Source: an uncultured Candidatus Bathyarchaeia archaeon (GTDB lineage Archaea; Thermoproteota; Bathyarchaeia; 40CM-2-53-6; DTDX01). From it: a stretch of 64,000 nt of DNA. The stretch lies in NCBI GenBank assembly GCA_964608455.1, contig CAZSNM010000002.1:16493-80492 (forward strand), read 5' to 3'. This document shows positions 48,163 through 58,259 of this stretch, in pieces; position 1 is the stretch's first letter; each line of letters opens with the position of its first letter. A model generated the notes under the pieces. It did not search any database. It saw only the letters and a program-made list of their open reading frames with translations, and was not told the origin of the DNA. Position numbers and translations under genes: made by a program.

Positions 48163-49263
48163 ATGAAAGCAGTTATAGTAGAATGCAAGCTGCCTAATCT
48201 ACCTTCAAGAATAGATGAAGTTTCTGAAATGGTTGAAACTTTGGGATATGAAGTCATCACAAAAATAGTTCAAAAAAGAGGAAGTATTCATCGTGCTTAT
48301 TGCATTGGAGAAGGAAAACTTCATGAATTAAAAAATATTATTAAGGAAAAGAAGGGGAACCTTGTAGTTTTTTGCAATACACTTTCAAGCGCTCAAGCAT
48401 TTAAAATTAAGAGGGAATTAGGAGATGATGTAGAAGTAATTGATAGAAATCTATTAATTCTGGAGCTTTTCAAAAATAGAGCCCTAAGCAGCGAAGCTAA
48501 ACTTCAGATAAAACTTGCTAAACTTAAATATACGTATTCTTGGGGTAGAGAATACCTTAAACTTAAAGGAATTATAAATGAGCAGGTTGGATGGAGCGGC
48601 CCAGGACATTATCCATTTATTGATTATGAAAAAGCAGCTAAACGAAGAATAAGCAGAATTAAAAAGAAGCTTGAAAAAATTAGAGTTAAGAAAGATGCTT
48701 TATGCAAAAGAAGACATGAATTAGGTTATCCAATAGTAGCTTTAGCAGGTTATACTCAAAGTGGAAAAACAACTTTTTTCAACAGGTTAACATCCGAAAC
48801 AAAAAGTGTTGGGCTTGGTCCCTTTACAACCTTATCTACCTTCGCTAGAAAAATTAATAAATTTAATTTTATTCTTATAGATTCAATAGGGTTTATTGAA
48901 GATATGCATCCAATAATTCTCGATGCATTTGATGCCACATTAAAAGAAATTGCAAATGCAGATTTAATTTTATTATTTATTGATGCAAGCGATGATTTTG
49001 AAACATTAACTAGAAAAATAAATACTTCAGATCAAATACTTAGGCGTATAGGCGCTAGTTCAAAAATGATTATTTGCATAAATAAAATCGACTTAGTTGA
49101 TAAGGAAAAACTTGAAAAAATTAATGAAATAGTTAAAAGAAGGTTTTTAGGAGTTAAAACTGTTTTTATAAGCGCTAAGACAGGAGAAAACATAGATCAA
49201 TTATTGAAGCTTATAATGGATGAGTTAAGTGAGACATTTAAAACGTTTGTGTATGCGCATTAA
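48163..49263 (+). CDS. hflX: GTPase HflX
   Basis: N-terminal HflX domain plus G domain (GYTQSGKTT, DSIGF, NKID); start set at the ATG (MKAVIVE) consistent with homologs. Confidence 0.85.
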   Translation: MKAVIVECKLPNLPSRIDEVSEMVETLGYEVITKIVQKRGSIHRAYCIGEGKLHELKNIIKEKKGNLVVFCNTLSSAQAFKIKRELGDDVEVIDRNLLILELFKNRALSSEAKLQIKLAKLKYTYSWGREYLKLKGIINEQVGWSGPGHYPFIDYEKAAKRRISRIKKKLEKIRVKKDALCKRRHELGYPIVALAGYTQSGKTTFFNRLTSETKSVGLGPFTTLSTFARKINKFNFILIDSIGFIEDMHPIILDAFDATLKEIANADLILLFIDASDDFETLTRKINTSDQILRRIGASSKMIICINKIDLVDKEKLEKINEIVKRRFLGVKTVFISAKTGENIDQLLKLIMDELSETFKTFVYAH

Positions 49264-50345
49264 ACTAAACTTAAGTAGGCGTTTACATTTTTTACATCAA
49301 ATTTTTCAATTTCAAGAATATTAAAGATAAAGTTGAATAATTTTTCTCGAATGCTTTTGCTCAAGTTTGGATACCAAATTGGATTTGCTAAAACTAAAGC
49401 TCTCCAAACATAAAAGGGTTGAATAACTTCTAAAATTTCTTCATCACTAGTTTTATTTAGGTAGTTTTCCATAAATTTTAAATATAGTTTTTCAAAGGCT
49501 CCTTTTAATTCTCCATATGCTTGAAGAGAAAAGAAAATATAATTTATGCTCATTGCAGCTAAATCATCAGCAGCTTCACCCCATTCTCCTCTGCTTCTAT
49601 CCAAAACTGTAAAATCTATTCCCTCTTTAAATAGAATGTTCCAAGGATGAAAATCTCCATGAACCTGACATAATCTATAAGTTTTTTCTCGAATCCTCCA
49701 TATATGCTTAAAACATTTTTCAGCTATTGAATAAAGTTTTTTCTTTTCAATAAGGTTTTCTGGATAATTATCAATAAGACCCATTATGCATTCTCCATGC
49801 CCAAAAAGCTCTCTAAGCCTTCGCCTATAAAGATTTGCTGCATTAAGCTTTAAAGAATGAATTTCAACTAAATAATTTGATAAAGCTTCAGCTTTAAGCT
49901 CATCAAGTTGAGTTAAAGCTTTATCTTGAAGAATTTTTTCCAAATCTTTATAATATGGAATACCTTCAACTTTATTCATTAAAATAAAAAATTCATCATA
50001 ATTTCCAAGAGAAACTAATTCACCATCTTTCATGAAAACACCAATATCAATAGATTTCACATGTTTAGGAAGTTTATTATAAGTTGAATAGGCAAGTAGA
50101 AGAGATTGAGCTCTATCATAGGAGAATTCATGCCCAAAACTATCTCCTTTCATTGTTTCTAAAACAAGAGCCTTTTTTTCTTTATTAATTTTAAATTCAA
50201 TTAAACAAGGTTTTCCATAACCGAATGCTTTAACTCCTTCACTATTTTTCTTTTCTTCTTCACCTAATAAGCTTATTTTTTCAATTTTAATTTTACAACC
50301 ATAAACTTTTGAAAGATATTTTTCTAGTTTCTCATGATTTAACAA
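49260..50345 (-). CDS. APH/choline-kinase-like phosphotransferase (small-molecule kinase fold)
   Basis: Brenner motif HGDFHPWNILF and DRSRGEWGEAADDLA (DxD) motif; TTG start 8 nt after GGAGG (the track ATG lies inside the SD). Confidence 0.7.
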   Translation of the reverse strand: MLNHEKLEKYLSKVYGCKIKIEKISLLGEEEKKNSEGVKAFGYGKPCLIEFKINKEKKALVLETMKGDSFGHEFSYDRAQSLLLAYSTYNKLPKHVKSIDIGVFMKDGELVSLGNYDEFFILMNKVEGIPYYKDLEKILQDKALTQLDELKAEALSNYLVEIHSLKLNAANLYRRRLRELFGHGECIMGLIDNYPENLIEKKKLYSIAEKCFKHIWRIREKTYRLCQVHGDFHPWNILFKEGIDFTVLDRSRGEWGEAADDLAAMSINYIFFSLQAYGELKGAFEKLYLKFMENYLNKTSDEEILEVIQPFYVWRALVLANPIWYPNLSKSIREKLFNFIFNILEIEKFDVKNVNAYLSLV

Positions 50346-50896
50346 TAATTTAACCTCCATCTCTCCTTAATTTTATTGAATATTTTTTCTGCAGCTTTTT
50401 CAGGCTTTAATTTAACTGAATTAATTATAACTTCTGGTTTTAAAGGAGCTTCATAGGGTACCCCAATACCTGGCACAGTTAAACTTTTCCCAGTTAAAGC
50501 TTTTTTATATATTCCTTTAGGAGCACCATAAGTTTTTTTCCTATTCATTTCTCTTTTAATACAAATTTTTAATGGACATTTAACATAAACTTCCATAAAC
50601 TTTTTAATTTTTTTTCTGGCGTTATCTCTATAAACTCTTCTATTTCCTGTTGCATCAATTATAACGTTTATTCCATTTTTAGTTAAAAGTTCAGCTGCAA
50701 AAACTAAAGCTGAATAAACAATTTTTCTTTCCTCTTCAGTATAGGATGGATGAGGCGTTAAAGCTTTTCGAACCATTTCTATTGAAAGAATCTGATAATG
50801 AACCTTTGCTTTTTTAAGTTTTTTACCTAACGCATTTGCTATTGTAGATTTTCCTGAGCCTGGTAAACCTGTTATCCAAACAGCCCATCCAACCAA
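50339..50896 (-). CDS. P-loop kinase, adenylylsulfate-kinase/AAA_33 (PNK/Kti12-like) fold
   Basis: ITGLPGSGKST Walker A and IIDATGNRR motif; 185 aa; stop 3 nt before the next gene start. Confidence 0.65.
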   Translation of the reverse strand: MVGWAVWITGLPGSGKSTIANALGKKLKKAKVHYQILSIEMVRKALTPHPSYTEEERKIVYSALVFAAELLTKNGINVIIDATGNRRVYRDNARKKIKKFMEVYVKCPLKICIKREMNRKKTYGAPKGIYKKALTGKSLTVPGIGVPYEAPLKPEVIINSVKLKPEKAAEKIFNKIKERWRLNYC

Positions 50897-50964
50897 AATT
50901 CATCCCAAACCTAATTCAGGAAAACTTTAACTTAAAGAAGTATGTTTATAATTTTGAAGGTAGA

Positions 50965-51783
50965 ATGGATTATTTAGATTCCTTATTTTATGCAGTTAAT
51001 CAAGCTCAAGAAGCTGTTTTACAATGCTTAAAAACTAAAGAAGCAAAAGCTATCATAAAAGAAAAAGATACTGATTTAACTAGAAAAGTTGATTTAATAG
51101 CTGAGGAAAAAATTGAAGAAAGCTTAAAAAATGAAGGTATAGAAGCTTATTTAATTAGCGAGGAAACATCGATTAAAAAAATAGGCAGAAATTTAAAACC
51201 GCAATTAATAATAATTATTGATCCTCTTGATGGAACAAGAAACTTTGTTAATTCAATTCCTTTTTATTCAATCTCTATAGCGGTTGGAAAAGTTAAAAAT
51301 GAAGATGCACAATTAAATGATTTATTTATAGGTGTTGTTAAAGATGTTTTAAGAGGAGACGTATTTTATGCTGTTAAAGGAGAAGGCTCATATTATAATA
51401 ATGAGAAAATTAAAAAGGAAAATTCATTTTATGAAGAAGATAAACCATTAATTAGCTTATATACATATGGTAATGAATTACCATTAAAAAATCTTTCAAC
51501 CCTTCTTAAAAAGTTTAAAATTAGAGTTTTAGGAAGTTTGGCATTAGAACTTTGCTATACGGCTTTAGGAAGATTAGATGGAGTAATTGATGCAAGGGGA
51601 AAAGCAAGAATTGTAGATTTTGCTGCTGGAAAAATTATTCTTGAGGAAGCGGGGGGCGCAATCTCAAGCTTAAATGGTAAACCCATTGAAGCTTCTTTAA
51701 AAAATGTTAAAAGCGGATTTAATTTGATAGCTACTAAAAATATGTTTCTTCATAAAACTTTAGTAAATATTCTAAAAGGTTAA
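50965..51783 (+). CDS. Inositol monophosphatase / fructose-1,6-bisphosphatase family protein
   Basis: DPLDGTRNF and WDxAAG-like motifs. Confidence 0.85.
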   Translation: MDYLDSLFYAVNQAQEAVLQCLKTKEAKAIIKEKDTDLTRKVDLIAEEKIEESLKNEGIEAYLISEETSIKKIGRNLKPQLIIIIDPLDGTRNFVNSIPFYSISIAVGKVKNEDAQLNDLFIGVVKDVLRGDVFYAVKGEGSYYNNEKIKKENSFYEEDKPLISLYTYGNELPLKNLSTLLKKFKIRVLGSLALELCYTALGRLDGVIDARGKARIVDFAAGKIILEEAGGAISSLNGKPIEASLKNVKSGFNLIATKNMFLHKTLVNILKG

Positions 51784-51904
51784 TTTTTAAATAAAGGAGA
51801 TGCAGGAAATAAAAAGCGTAAACTCTTAAAAAAGTTAATGTTTTTAAATAAACTTTATCTTAAATCATTCATTTTAAGCATTAATCAAAGCGAAAAATTT
51901 TGGA

Positions 51905-53158
51905 GTGTGCCAAAACGCCTTGGATTATTTTTTTAAATGCATAAATTGCGGATTTAAGTTTGAATCTGAAAAAATTGAATATTACTGCCCTAAATGCAAT
52001 GATCTTCTTGAAATTACCTATGATATAGAGGAATTAAAAAATTTTGTTTCTAAGGATACATTTGAAAAATATCCTTTATCTGTTTGGAGGTATAAAGAGC
52101 TTTTACCAATTAAAGATTTTTCTAAAGTTGTTTCTCTTGGAGAAGGGGGGACAACACTTCATGAATGCAAAAATTTACGTGAAATTTTTAATATAAAAAG
52201 CTTGCTTGTAAAAAATGAAGGAGAAAATCCTACAGGATCGTTTAAGGATAGAGGAATGACTGTTGCTATCTCTAAAGCTTTAGAAAACAAAGTTAAAATT
52301 GTTGCATGTGCATCTACAGGAAATACTTCAGCCTCGCTAGCTGCTTATGCAGCTAAAGCAAACATTAAAAGCATTATTCTTATTCCTGAAGGAAAAGTTG
52401 CTTTAGGAAAAATGGTTCAAGCTATTATTCATGGCGCTAAAATAATTCAAATAAATGGAAATTTTGATGATGCTTTAAATAGCGTTAAAAAATTAGTTGA
52501 ATATTATCCGCAAATCTGTCTTTTAAATTCTATCAATCCGTTTAGAATAGAAGGCCAAAAAACCTTAGCCATGGAGATTTGCAATCAACTAAATTATAAT
52601 GTGCCTGATGTTGTTATTCTTCCAGTTGGAAATGCAGGTAACATAAGCGCAGTTTGGAAAGGTTTTAATGAATTTAAAGAATTAGGTCTAATTAAAAATG
52701 TTCCAAGAATGATTGGAATTCAAGCTGAAAAAGCTGCGCCATTAGCTAAAGCCTTTAAGGAAGGAAAAAATGAAATTTCAATAGTGAATAATCCTGAAAC
52801 AATTGCTACAGCAATAAAGATAGGCGCACCTGCAAGTTGGAAAAAAGCTTTAAAAGCTGTTAGAAACTCTAATGGATTATTGGAAGTTGTTAGCGATGAT
52901 GAAATTATAGAGGCTCAAAAACTTTTAGCTAGAAAAGAGGGAATATTTGTTGAGCCAGCAAGTGCAGCTTCAATAGCCGGTTTAAAAAAACTTTTGGAAA
53001 ATGGTCAATTAGATAAATATGAAAATATTATTTGTATAACAACAGGACATGGATTAAAAGATCCAGATGTGGTTCTTAAAACTTGTATTGAACCATTAAT
53101 TAAGGTTTCTCCAACAATAGAAGAGTTAAAAAAGGTTTTAGGAGGAGACTTAAATTGA
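51905..53158 (+). CDS. thrC: Threonine synthase
   Basis: SFKDRG PLP-lysine motif; N-terminal CxxC...CxxC zinc ribbon as in archaeal ThrC; GTG/TTG start uncertain. Confidence 0.9.
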   Translation: MCQNALDYFFKCINCGFKFESEKIEYYCPKCNDLLEITYDIEELKNFVSKDTFEKYPLSVWRYKELLPIKDFSKVVSLGEGGTTLHECKNLREIFNIKSLLVKNEGENPTGSFKDRGMTVAISKALENKVKIVACASTGNTSASLAAYAAKANIKSIILIPEGKVALGKMVQAIIHGAKIIQINGNFDDALNSVKKLVEYYPQICLLNSINPFRIEGQKTLAMEICNQLNYNVPDVVILPVGNAGNISAVWKGFNEFKELGLIKNVPRMIGIQAEKAAPLAKAFKEGKNEISIVNNPETIATAIKIGAPASWKKALKAVRNSNGLLEVVSDDEIIEAQKLLARKEGIFVEPASAASIAGLKKLLENGQLDKYENIICITTGHGLKDPDVVLKTCIEPLIKVSPTIEELKKVLGGDLN

Positions 53159-54180
53159 AAATTATTGTTATAGGATTTGGAACTGTAGGAAAAGCTTTTG
53201 GAGAAATCATAATGAAAAAAAGAGAGGAATTAATAAAAAAGTATGGTTTTCGACCAGACGTAGTAGCTATAGTTGATAGTAAAGGAGCATTAATAAATCC
53301 TGAAGGGTTAGATTTAACTTTAGCATTTAAAGCTGATAAAGAAGGTGGGACAGTTGCTTCAAATAAAAAATATGGATATAAAGGTATGAAAGCAATCGAT
53401 GTAATTAATGAGGTGGAAAGCGATATTGTAGTTGAATTAACTCCAACAAACATTAAAGATGGACAACCTGGTTTAACTCATATAGAAACTGCACTTAAAA
53501 AGGGACTTCATGTTGTAACAGCTAATAAAGGGCCTTTAGCTTTAGCTTTACCAGCTTTAATGGATTTAGCAAACTATAATAAAGTGTTTTTAAGGTTTAG
53601 TGGGGCTGTAGGTGGTGGAACGCCAATACTTGATTTAGCTAAAAAATGCATAGTTGGAGAAAAAATTCTTTCAATTAAAGGAATATTAAATGGAACAACA
53701 AACTATATTCTTACAAAAATGCATAATGAGGAAATACCTTTAGAAAAAGCTTTACTTGAAGCTCAAAAACTTGGCTATGCAGAAGCAGATCCATCCTACG
53801 ATATTGAGGGAATTGATACAGCTTGCAAACTTGTTATAATAGCGAATTGGATAATGAATAAAAGAATTTCAATTAAAGATGTTAAAATAGAAGGAATTAA
53901 GAAAATAACTTTAAAAGATATAAATGAAGCTAAAAAAAGAGGAAAAACCATTAAGCTGATTGGAGAAATAAATGAAGAGGCTTTGGTTAAACCAATGGAA
54001 ATTTCAACTTTAAATCCATTATGTGTAAATGGAATTTTAAACGCTGTAACATTTAATACTGAAAACTCTGGAGAAATAACCATAATTGGAAAAGGAGCCG
54101 GAGGAAAAGAAACCGCAAGTGCATTAATTAGAGATTTAATAGATATAAAATTGAATTTATTAAAAATGAAGGGGGATTAA
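53155..54180 (+). CDS. hom: Homoserine dehydrogenase
   Basis: IGFGTVGKAF Rossmann motif and catalytic-domain conservation. Confidence 0.9.
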   Translation: MKIIVIGFGTVGKAFGEIIMKKREELIKKYGFRPDVVAIVDSKGALINPEGLDLTLAFKADKEGGTVASNKKYGYKGMKAIDVINEVESDIVVELTPTNIKDGQPGLTHIETALKKGLHVVTANKGPLALALPALMDLANYNKVFLRFSGAVGGGTPILDLAKKCIVGEKILSIKGILNGTTNYILTKMHNEEIPLEKALLEAQKLGYAEADPSYDIEGIDTACKLVIIANWIMNKRISIKDVKIEGIKKITLKDINEAKKRGKTIKLIGEINEEALVKPMEISTLNPLCVNGILNAVTFNTENSGEITIIGKGAGGKETASALIRDLIDIKLNLLKMKGD

Positions 54181-54186
54181 AAATAA

Positions 54187-55596
54187 ATGTTAATTGTAAT
54201 GAAGTTCGGTGGAGCTTTACTTTCTAAACCTGAAAAAATAAAAAGATCAGTTGAAATAATTAAAAATTATGTAAATAAAGGAGATAAAGTTATTGTAGTT
54301 GCATCTGCTGTTTCAAAAGTAACTGATGAATTAATTAAAGCTTCTAGAGAAGCTTCCTCTTCAAATTGGGAAGACTTGAAAAAAATCATAAATGAATTGG
54401 AGAAACTGCATTTTAATTTAGCTAAAGATATTATTCAAAATAAAAATATTCTAGAAGATTTAACTTTAGAATTAAAAAGTTTAATTGAAGAATTAAAAGA
54501 AACATTATTTAGTGTAGCAAGATTAAAAGAGTTAACTCCACGTTCAAAAGATTTTATATTATCTTTTGGAGAAAAGTTTTCCTGTGCTATTCTTTGTGCA
54601 GCAATTAAAAATGAAGGATTAAAAGCTAAATGGATGACTGGGGGCGAAGCTGGAATAATAACAAATGATGAATTTGGAAATGCTAAACCATTACTTGATT
54701 TAAGCTCTCAAAAATTGAATTGGAAATTAACACCTTTACTTAATGAAAACATTATTCCAATAGTAACTGGATTTAATGGATGTACACCTGAAGGTGTAGT
54801 AACAACTCTTGGTAGAGGAGGTTCAGATTATACTGCTACAATAATAGCTTCAGCTTTGAAAGCTGATGAAGTTGTGCTTTGGAAAGAAGTAAATGGATTG
54901 ATGACTGCTGATCCTAAAATTGAGTCTAAAGCCAGAACCATACGAGTTATTTCTTATGCTGAAGCAAGCGAAATAGCATATTTCGGCGCTAAAATAATTC
55001 ATCCTAGAGCTTTAAAACCTGTAATTAAAGCTGAGATTCCTGTTAGAATAAGAAGCGCCTTTAACCTAGATGATCCTGGAACATTAATAATTAAGGAGCA
55101 AAAAATCAAACCTAAGGAAATTGTTAAGGCCATATCATTTATTAAAGAAGTTGGTTTGATAAATGTTTCTGGAAGTGAAATAGTTGGGACGCCAGGTGTG
55201 GCAGCTAGAGTATTTAAAATTTTAGGGGATAATGGAATAAATATACTTATGATTTCTCAAGGTTCATCTGAAGTCAACATTTCTTTCGCTGTTCCAAGAG
55301 ATAGCTTAAGCAAAGCTGTTAATTTGCTTGAATTAAATCTACTTGGTGGAGAAACAGTTAAAGAAATCTCATCAGAATCTGATGTTTGCATAGTAGCAGT
55401 TGTTGGAGCAGGAATGAAGGGGACGCCAGGTGTGGCAGCTAGAGTATTTAAGGCAGTTGCAGAAAAAGGAATAAATGTTAGAATGATAGCGCAAGGATCT
55501 TCAGAGCTTAATATATCCTTTATTGTGAAAGAAGCTGATGGACCTAAAGCCGTTAATGCACTTCATGAAGAATTCAAGCTTTATGAAGAAAGTTAA
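54187..55596 (+). CDS. lysC: Aspartate kinase
   Basis: MKFGGALL kinase motif; two C-terminal ACT domains carrying a duplicated GTPGVAARVFK motif. Confidence 0.9.
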   Translation: MLIVMKFGGALLSKPEKIKRSVEIIKNYVNKGDKVIVVASAVSKVTDELIKASREASSSNWEDLKKIINELEKLHFNLAKDIIQNKNILEDLTLELKSLIEELKETLFSVARLKELTPRSKDFILSFGEKFSCAILCAAIKNEGLKAKWMTGGEAGIITNDEFGNAKPLLDLSSQKLNWKLTPLLNENIIPIVTGFNGCTPEGVVTTLGRGGSDYTATIIASALKADEVVLWKEVNGLMTADPKIESKARTIRVISYAEASEIAYFGAKIIHPRALKPVIKAEIPVRIRSAFNLDDPGTLIIKEQKIKPKEIVKAISFIKEVGLINVSGSEIVGTPGVAARVFKILGDNGINILMISQGSSEVNISFAVPRDSLSKAVNLLELNLLGGETVKEISSESDVCIVAVVGAGMKGTPGVAARVFKAVAEKGINVRMIAQGSSELNISFIVKEADGPKAVNALHEEFKLYEES

Positions 55597-55597
55597 T

Positions 55598-56908
55598 TTA
55601 AGGATAAACCCTATTTATTAATCTTGGGAAAGCAATAGCATCTCTAATATGGTTTAACTTGCATATCCAAGCTATAACTCTTTCAACACCCATTCCAAAA
55701 CCAGCATGAGGTACAGAACCATATTTTCGTAAATCAAGATACCATTGATAATCCTTTGGATTTAATCCATTTTCCTTTATTCTTTCAAGAAGCTCATTAT
55801 AATCTTCTATTCTTACACCACCACCAGTGATTTCACCATAACCTTCAGGAGCAAGTAAATCAACTGATAAAGTTACTTCAGGTCTTTTCGGATCTAATTT
55901 ATGATAGAAAGCTTTAGCAGTTTTTGGAAAATGAGTTACAAAAAATGGCATATTAAATTTAGAGGTTAACTTGCTTTCTTGCTCATATCCAAAATCATCT
56001 CCCCATTTAAACTCTAATCCATCTTTTCTAAGGATTTCCACAGCTTCATCATAAGTAATCTTGGGGAAAGGAGATTTAATACGCATTAAATCCTCAGGAT
56101 TTCGCCCTAAAAGTTTTAATTCATAATTTCTTTCTTCAGCTATTCTTTTGCAAATAAAGCTAATTAACTCCTCTTGAATATTCATCAATTTATTTAAATC
56201 GCACCAAGGTAACTCTGCTTCTAAATGCCAATATTCAGTTAAATGCCTTCTTGTTCTAGATTTTTCAGCTCTAAAAGATGGAGCTATAGTATAGATTTTA
56301 CCTAGGCTAGCGATTGCAGCTTCAGCGTAAAGCTGCCAACTTTGAGTTAAATAAGCTTTTTGATCAAAATATTTAACTTCAAAAAGCGTTGCTCCTCCTT
56401 CGCAAGCAGCAGTAATCAGTATAGGCATGTGAGCATTTGTATAACCATTGCTTCTAAACCAATCAATAGCAGCATTCAATAAGGAATCTCTAACTTTAAG
56501 AATTGCCTGCATTTTTTCATTTCTAATCCATAAATGGCGATTATCAAGAAGAAAATCTGGACCATGATATTTTTTGGCTATTGGATAATTTTCTTCAGCT
56601 TCATGAACAACTTTAATGTTTTCCACAGCTATTTCAAAACCTCTAGGAGCTCTTGGATCAGCTTTAACTACCCCATCTATAATTACTGTAGATTCTATAG
56701 GAAGCTTCTCAATTTTTTTAAAGGCTTCTTCACTTATTGAATCTTTCCTTAACGTGCATTGAATTAAACCACCTCCATCTCTAATCAATAAAAATTGAAT
56801 TCCGCCACTTGATCGTTTATTATGAAGCCAACCTCTAATTTGAACTTTTTTCCCAGTAAGGCTACCTTCAAAAATTTTTGATGTCTCTACAAACTCTTCA
56901 TTAAGCAT
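55598..56908 (-). CDS. asnS: Asparagine--tRNA ligase (archaeal/eukaryal type)
   Basis: FRAEKSRTRRHLTEYWHLE motif 2 and the C-terminal ...FPRLINRVYP match AsnRS rather than AspRS. Confidence 0.85.
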   Translation of the reverse strand: MLNEEFVETSKIFEGSLTGKKVQIRGWLHNKRSSGGIQFLLIRDGGGLIQCTLRKDSISEEAFKKIEKLPIESTVIIDGVVKADPRAPRGFEIAVENIKVVHEAEENYPIAKKYHGPDFLLDNRHLWIRNEKMQAILKVRDSLLNAAIDWFRSNGYTNAHMPILITAACEGGATLFEVKYFDQKAYLTQSWQLYAEAAIASLGKIYTIAPSFRAEKSRTRRHLTEYWHLEAELPWCDLNKLMNIQEELISFICKRIAEERNYELKLLGRNPEDLMRIKSPFPKITYDEAVEILRKDGLEFKWGDDFGYEQESKLTSKFNMPFFVTHFPKTAKAFYHKLDPKRPEVTLSVDLLAPEGYGEITGGGVRIEDYNELLERIKENGLNPKDYQWYLDLRKYGSVPHAGFGMGVERVIAWICKLNHIRDAIAFPRLINRVYP

Positions 56909-57085
56909 AAGTTTTTCCCTCTAAAATTTGAAATTTAAAACATCTACATTTAATCTTAAATTTATTTAGGGTTTTTCTTTTCGATTTTACGTTAAACATT
57001 AAATAAAAATAAATATTTCTGCTGACAAATACTTTAATAAGCTAAATGCTCAAATTATCATTTAATTTGTAAGCTGCGTGAAAAA

Positions 57086-57637
57086 ATGGAAGAGCAGGAA
57101 CCTGCAAAAAAACTAGCTAAATTAAAATCCTTTTTAGAAAAGAAAATTAATGAATTAAATGAGGAAACTTCAAGCTTAAAAGCGCTTTTAGAAATAGTTG
57201 ATGAATATTTACTTGAAAAGAGTTTTAAAAAAATTGAGGTGCCAAAAATAGAAGTAACGTCGCCCCCTCAAACTTCTCAAAAAATTACTTCAATAAAAAC
57301 TATAGATGGAGTGCATTTAGGAGACTTAATAGTTGAAGAAAAAAATTTAATGTTAAATTTAGATCCATATATAAAATTTGATGTTAATTCCCCTCCTTTA
57401 AAAGCTTTTTTAATAGCTAAAGTTCTTGAACCAATGAGTAAAAAAGATGAAGAAGCAGTTAAATCTGGAAAAATAAATGAAAAAGATGTATTTTCATATA
57501 GTATAGAAGATGAAGATGGTTTTGTTAAGCGTATTTTAATAAAAAATTTTGGTGATGAAAAAAGGTTAACTGAATTAACAAATGCTATTCGATGGACTTT
57601 AAGAAGAATGTATGAAAGAAGCTATAAAGGTTTATAA
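57086..57637 (+). CDS. Hypothetical protein (N-terminal coiled coil)
   Basis: No recognisable motif. Confidence 0.45.
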   Translation: MEEQEPAKKLAKLKSFLEKKINELNEETSSLKALLEIVDEYLLEKSFKKIEVPKIEVTSPPQTSQKITSIKTIDGVHLGDLIVEEKNLMLNLDPYIKFDVNSPPLKAFLIAKVLEPMSKKDEEAVKSGKINEKDVFSYSIEDEDGFVKRILIKNFGDEKRLTELTNAIRWTLRRMYERSYKGL

Positions 57638-58255
57638 AAGTTTTTTCAAGTCTTTTTTAATAATCTTACCATTTGGAGTTTCCTCAGCAAAAATAATTGC
57701 TTGAAACTTGCTTATTTTAACCTCTTTATTTAACCATGCATCCGGTGGTAAACCAGCTTTTAAACAGCAATTGCTTAAAAATTCTTCAGCATCCATATTC
57801 CATTCTACAGCTACTTGAGGAAGAAGCAATCCTTTAAAAAATCCTTTTTCAACAATTAATCCATCTTCTCCAATAACTATTTTTTTAGGATAATCCATAG
57901 GATTTTCAACTTCAATAAGTTTTGGAGGAGTTAAAATGCTGACTTCAACTATTATGTTTGATTCTAACTCCTCTAAAGTTACAGGTTTAAATCTTGGATC
58001 CTCAGTAGCAGCTTCAATAGCTGATTCAATTGTTGCTTCCACTAATGGTTTAACTGGAAATGGATAACCTATGCAACCTCTGAGCTCATGAGTGTAAGCT
58101 TTTGTTAATGTAACAAAAACTCCATAATTTTGTTTTGTTTTTTCAGGTGCATCCTTCATAAAAGATATTTTTCTTTTATATTTAAGCCAAGTTTTAATAG
58201 CTTCTCTTGCAACTTTAACAAGAAATTCTCCATCTTCTAAAGAGAATTCAATCAT
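57632..58255 (-). CDS. AMMECR1 domain protein
   Basis: LRGCIGYPFP motif; start set at the ATG (MIEFSLED) 8 nt after GGGAG. Confidence 0.8.
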   Translation of the reverse strand: MIEFSLEDGEFLVKVAREAIKTWLKYKRKISFMKDAPEKTKQNYGVFVTLTKAYTHELRGCIGYPFPVKPLVEATIESAIEAATEDPRFKPVTLEELESNIIVEVSILTPPKLIEVENPMDYPKKIVIGEDGLIVEKGFFKGLLLPQVAVEWNMDAEEFLSNCCLKAGLPPDAWLNKEVKISKFQAIIFAEETPNGKIIKKDLKKLL

Positions 58256-58259
58256 AAAA

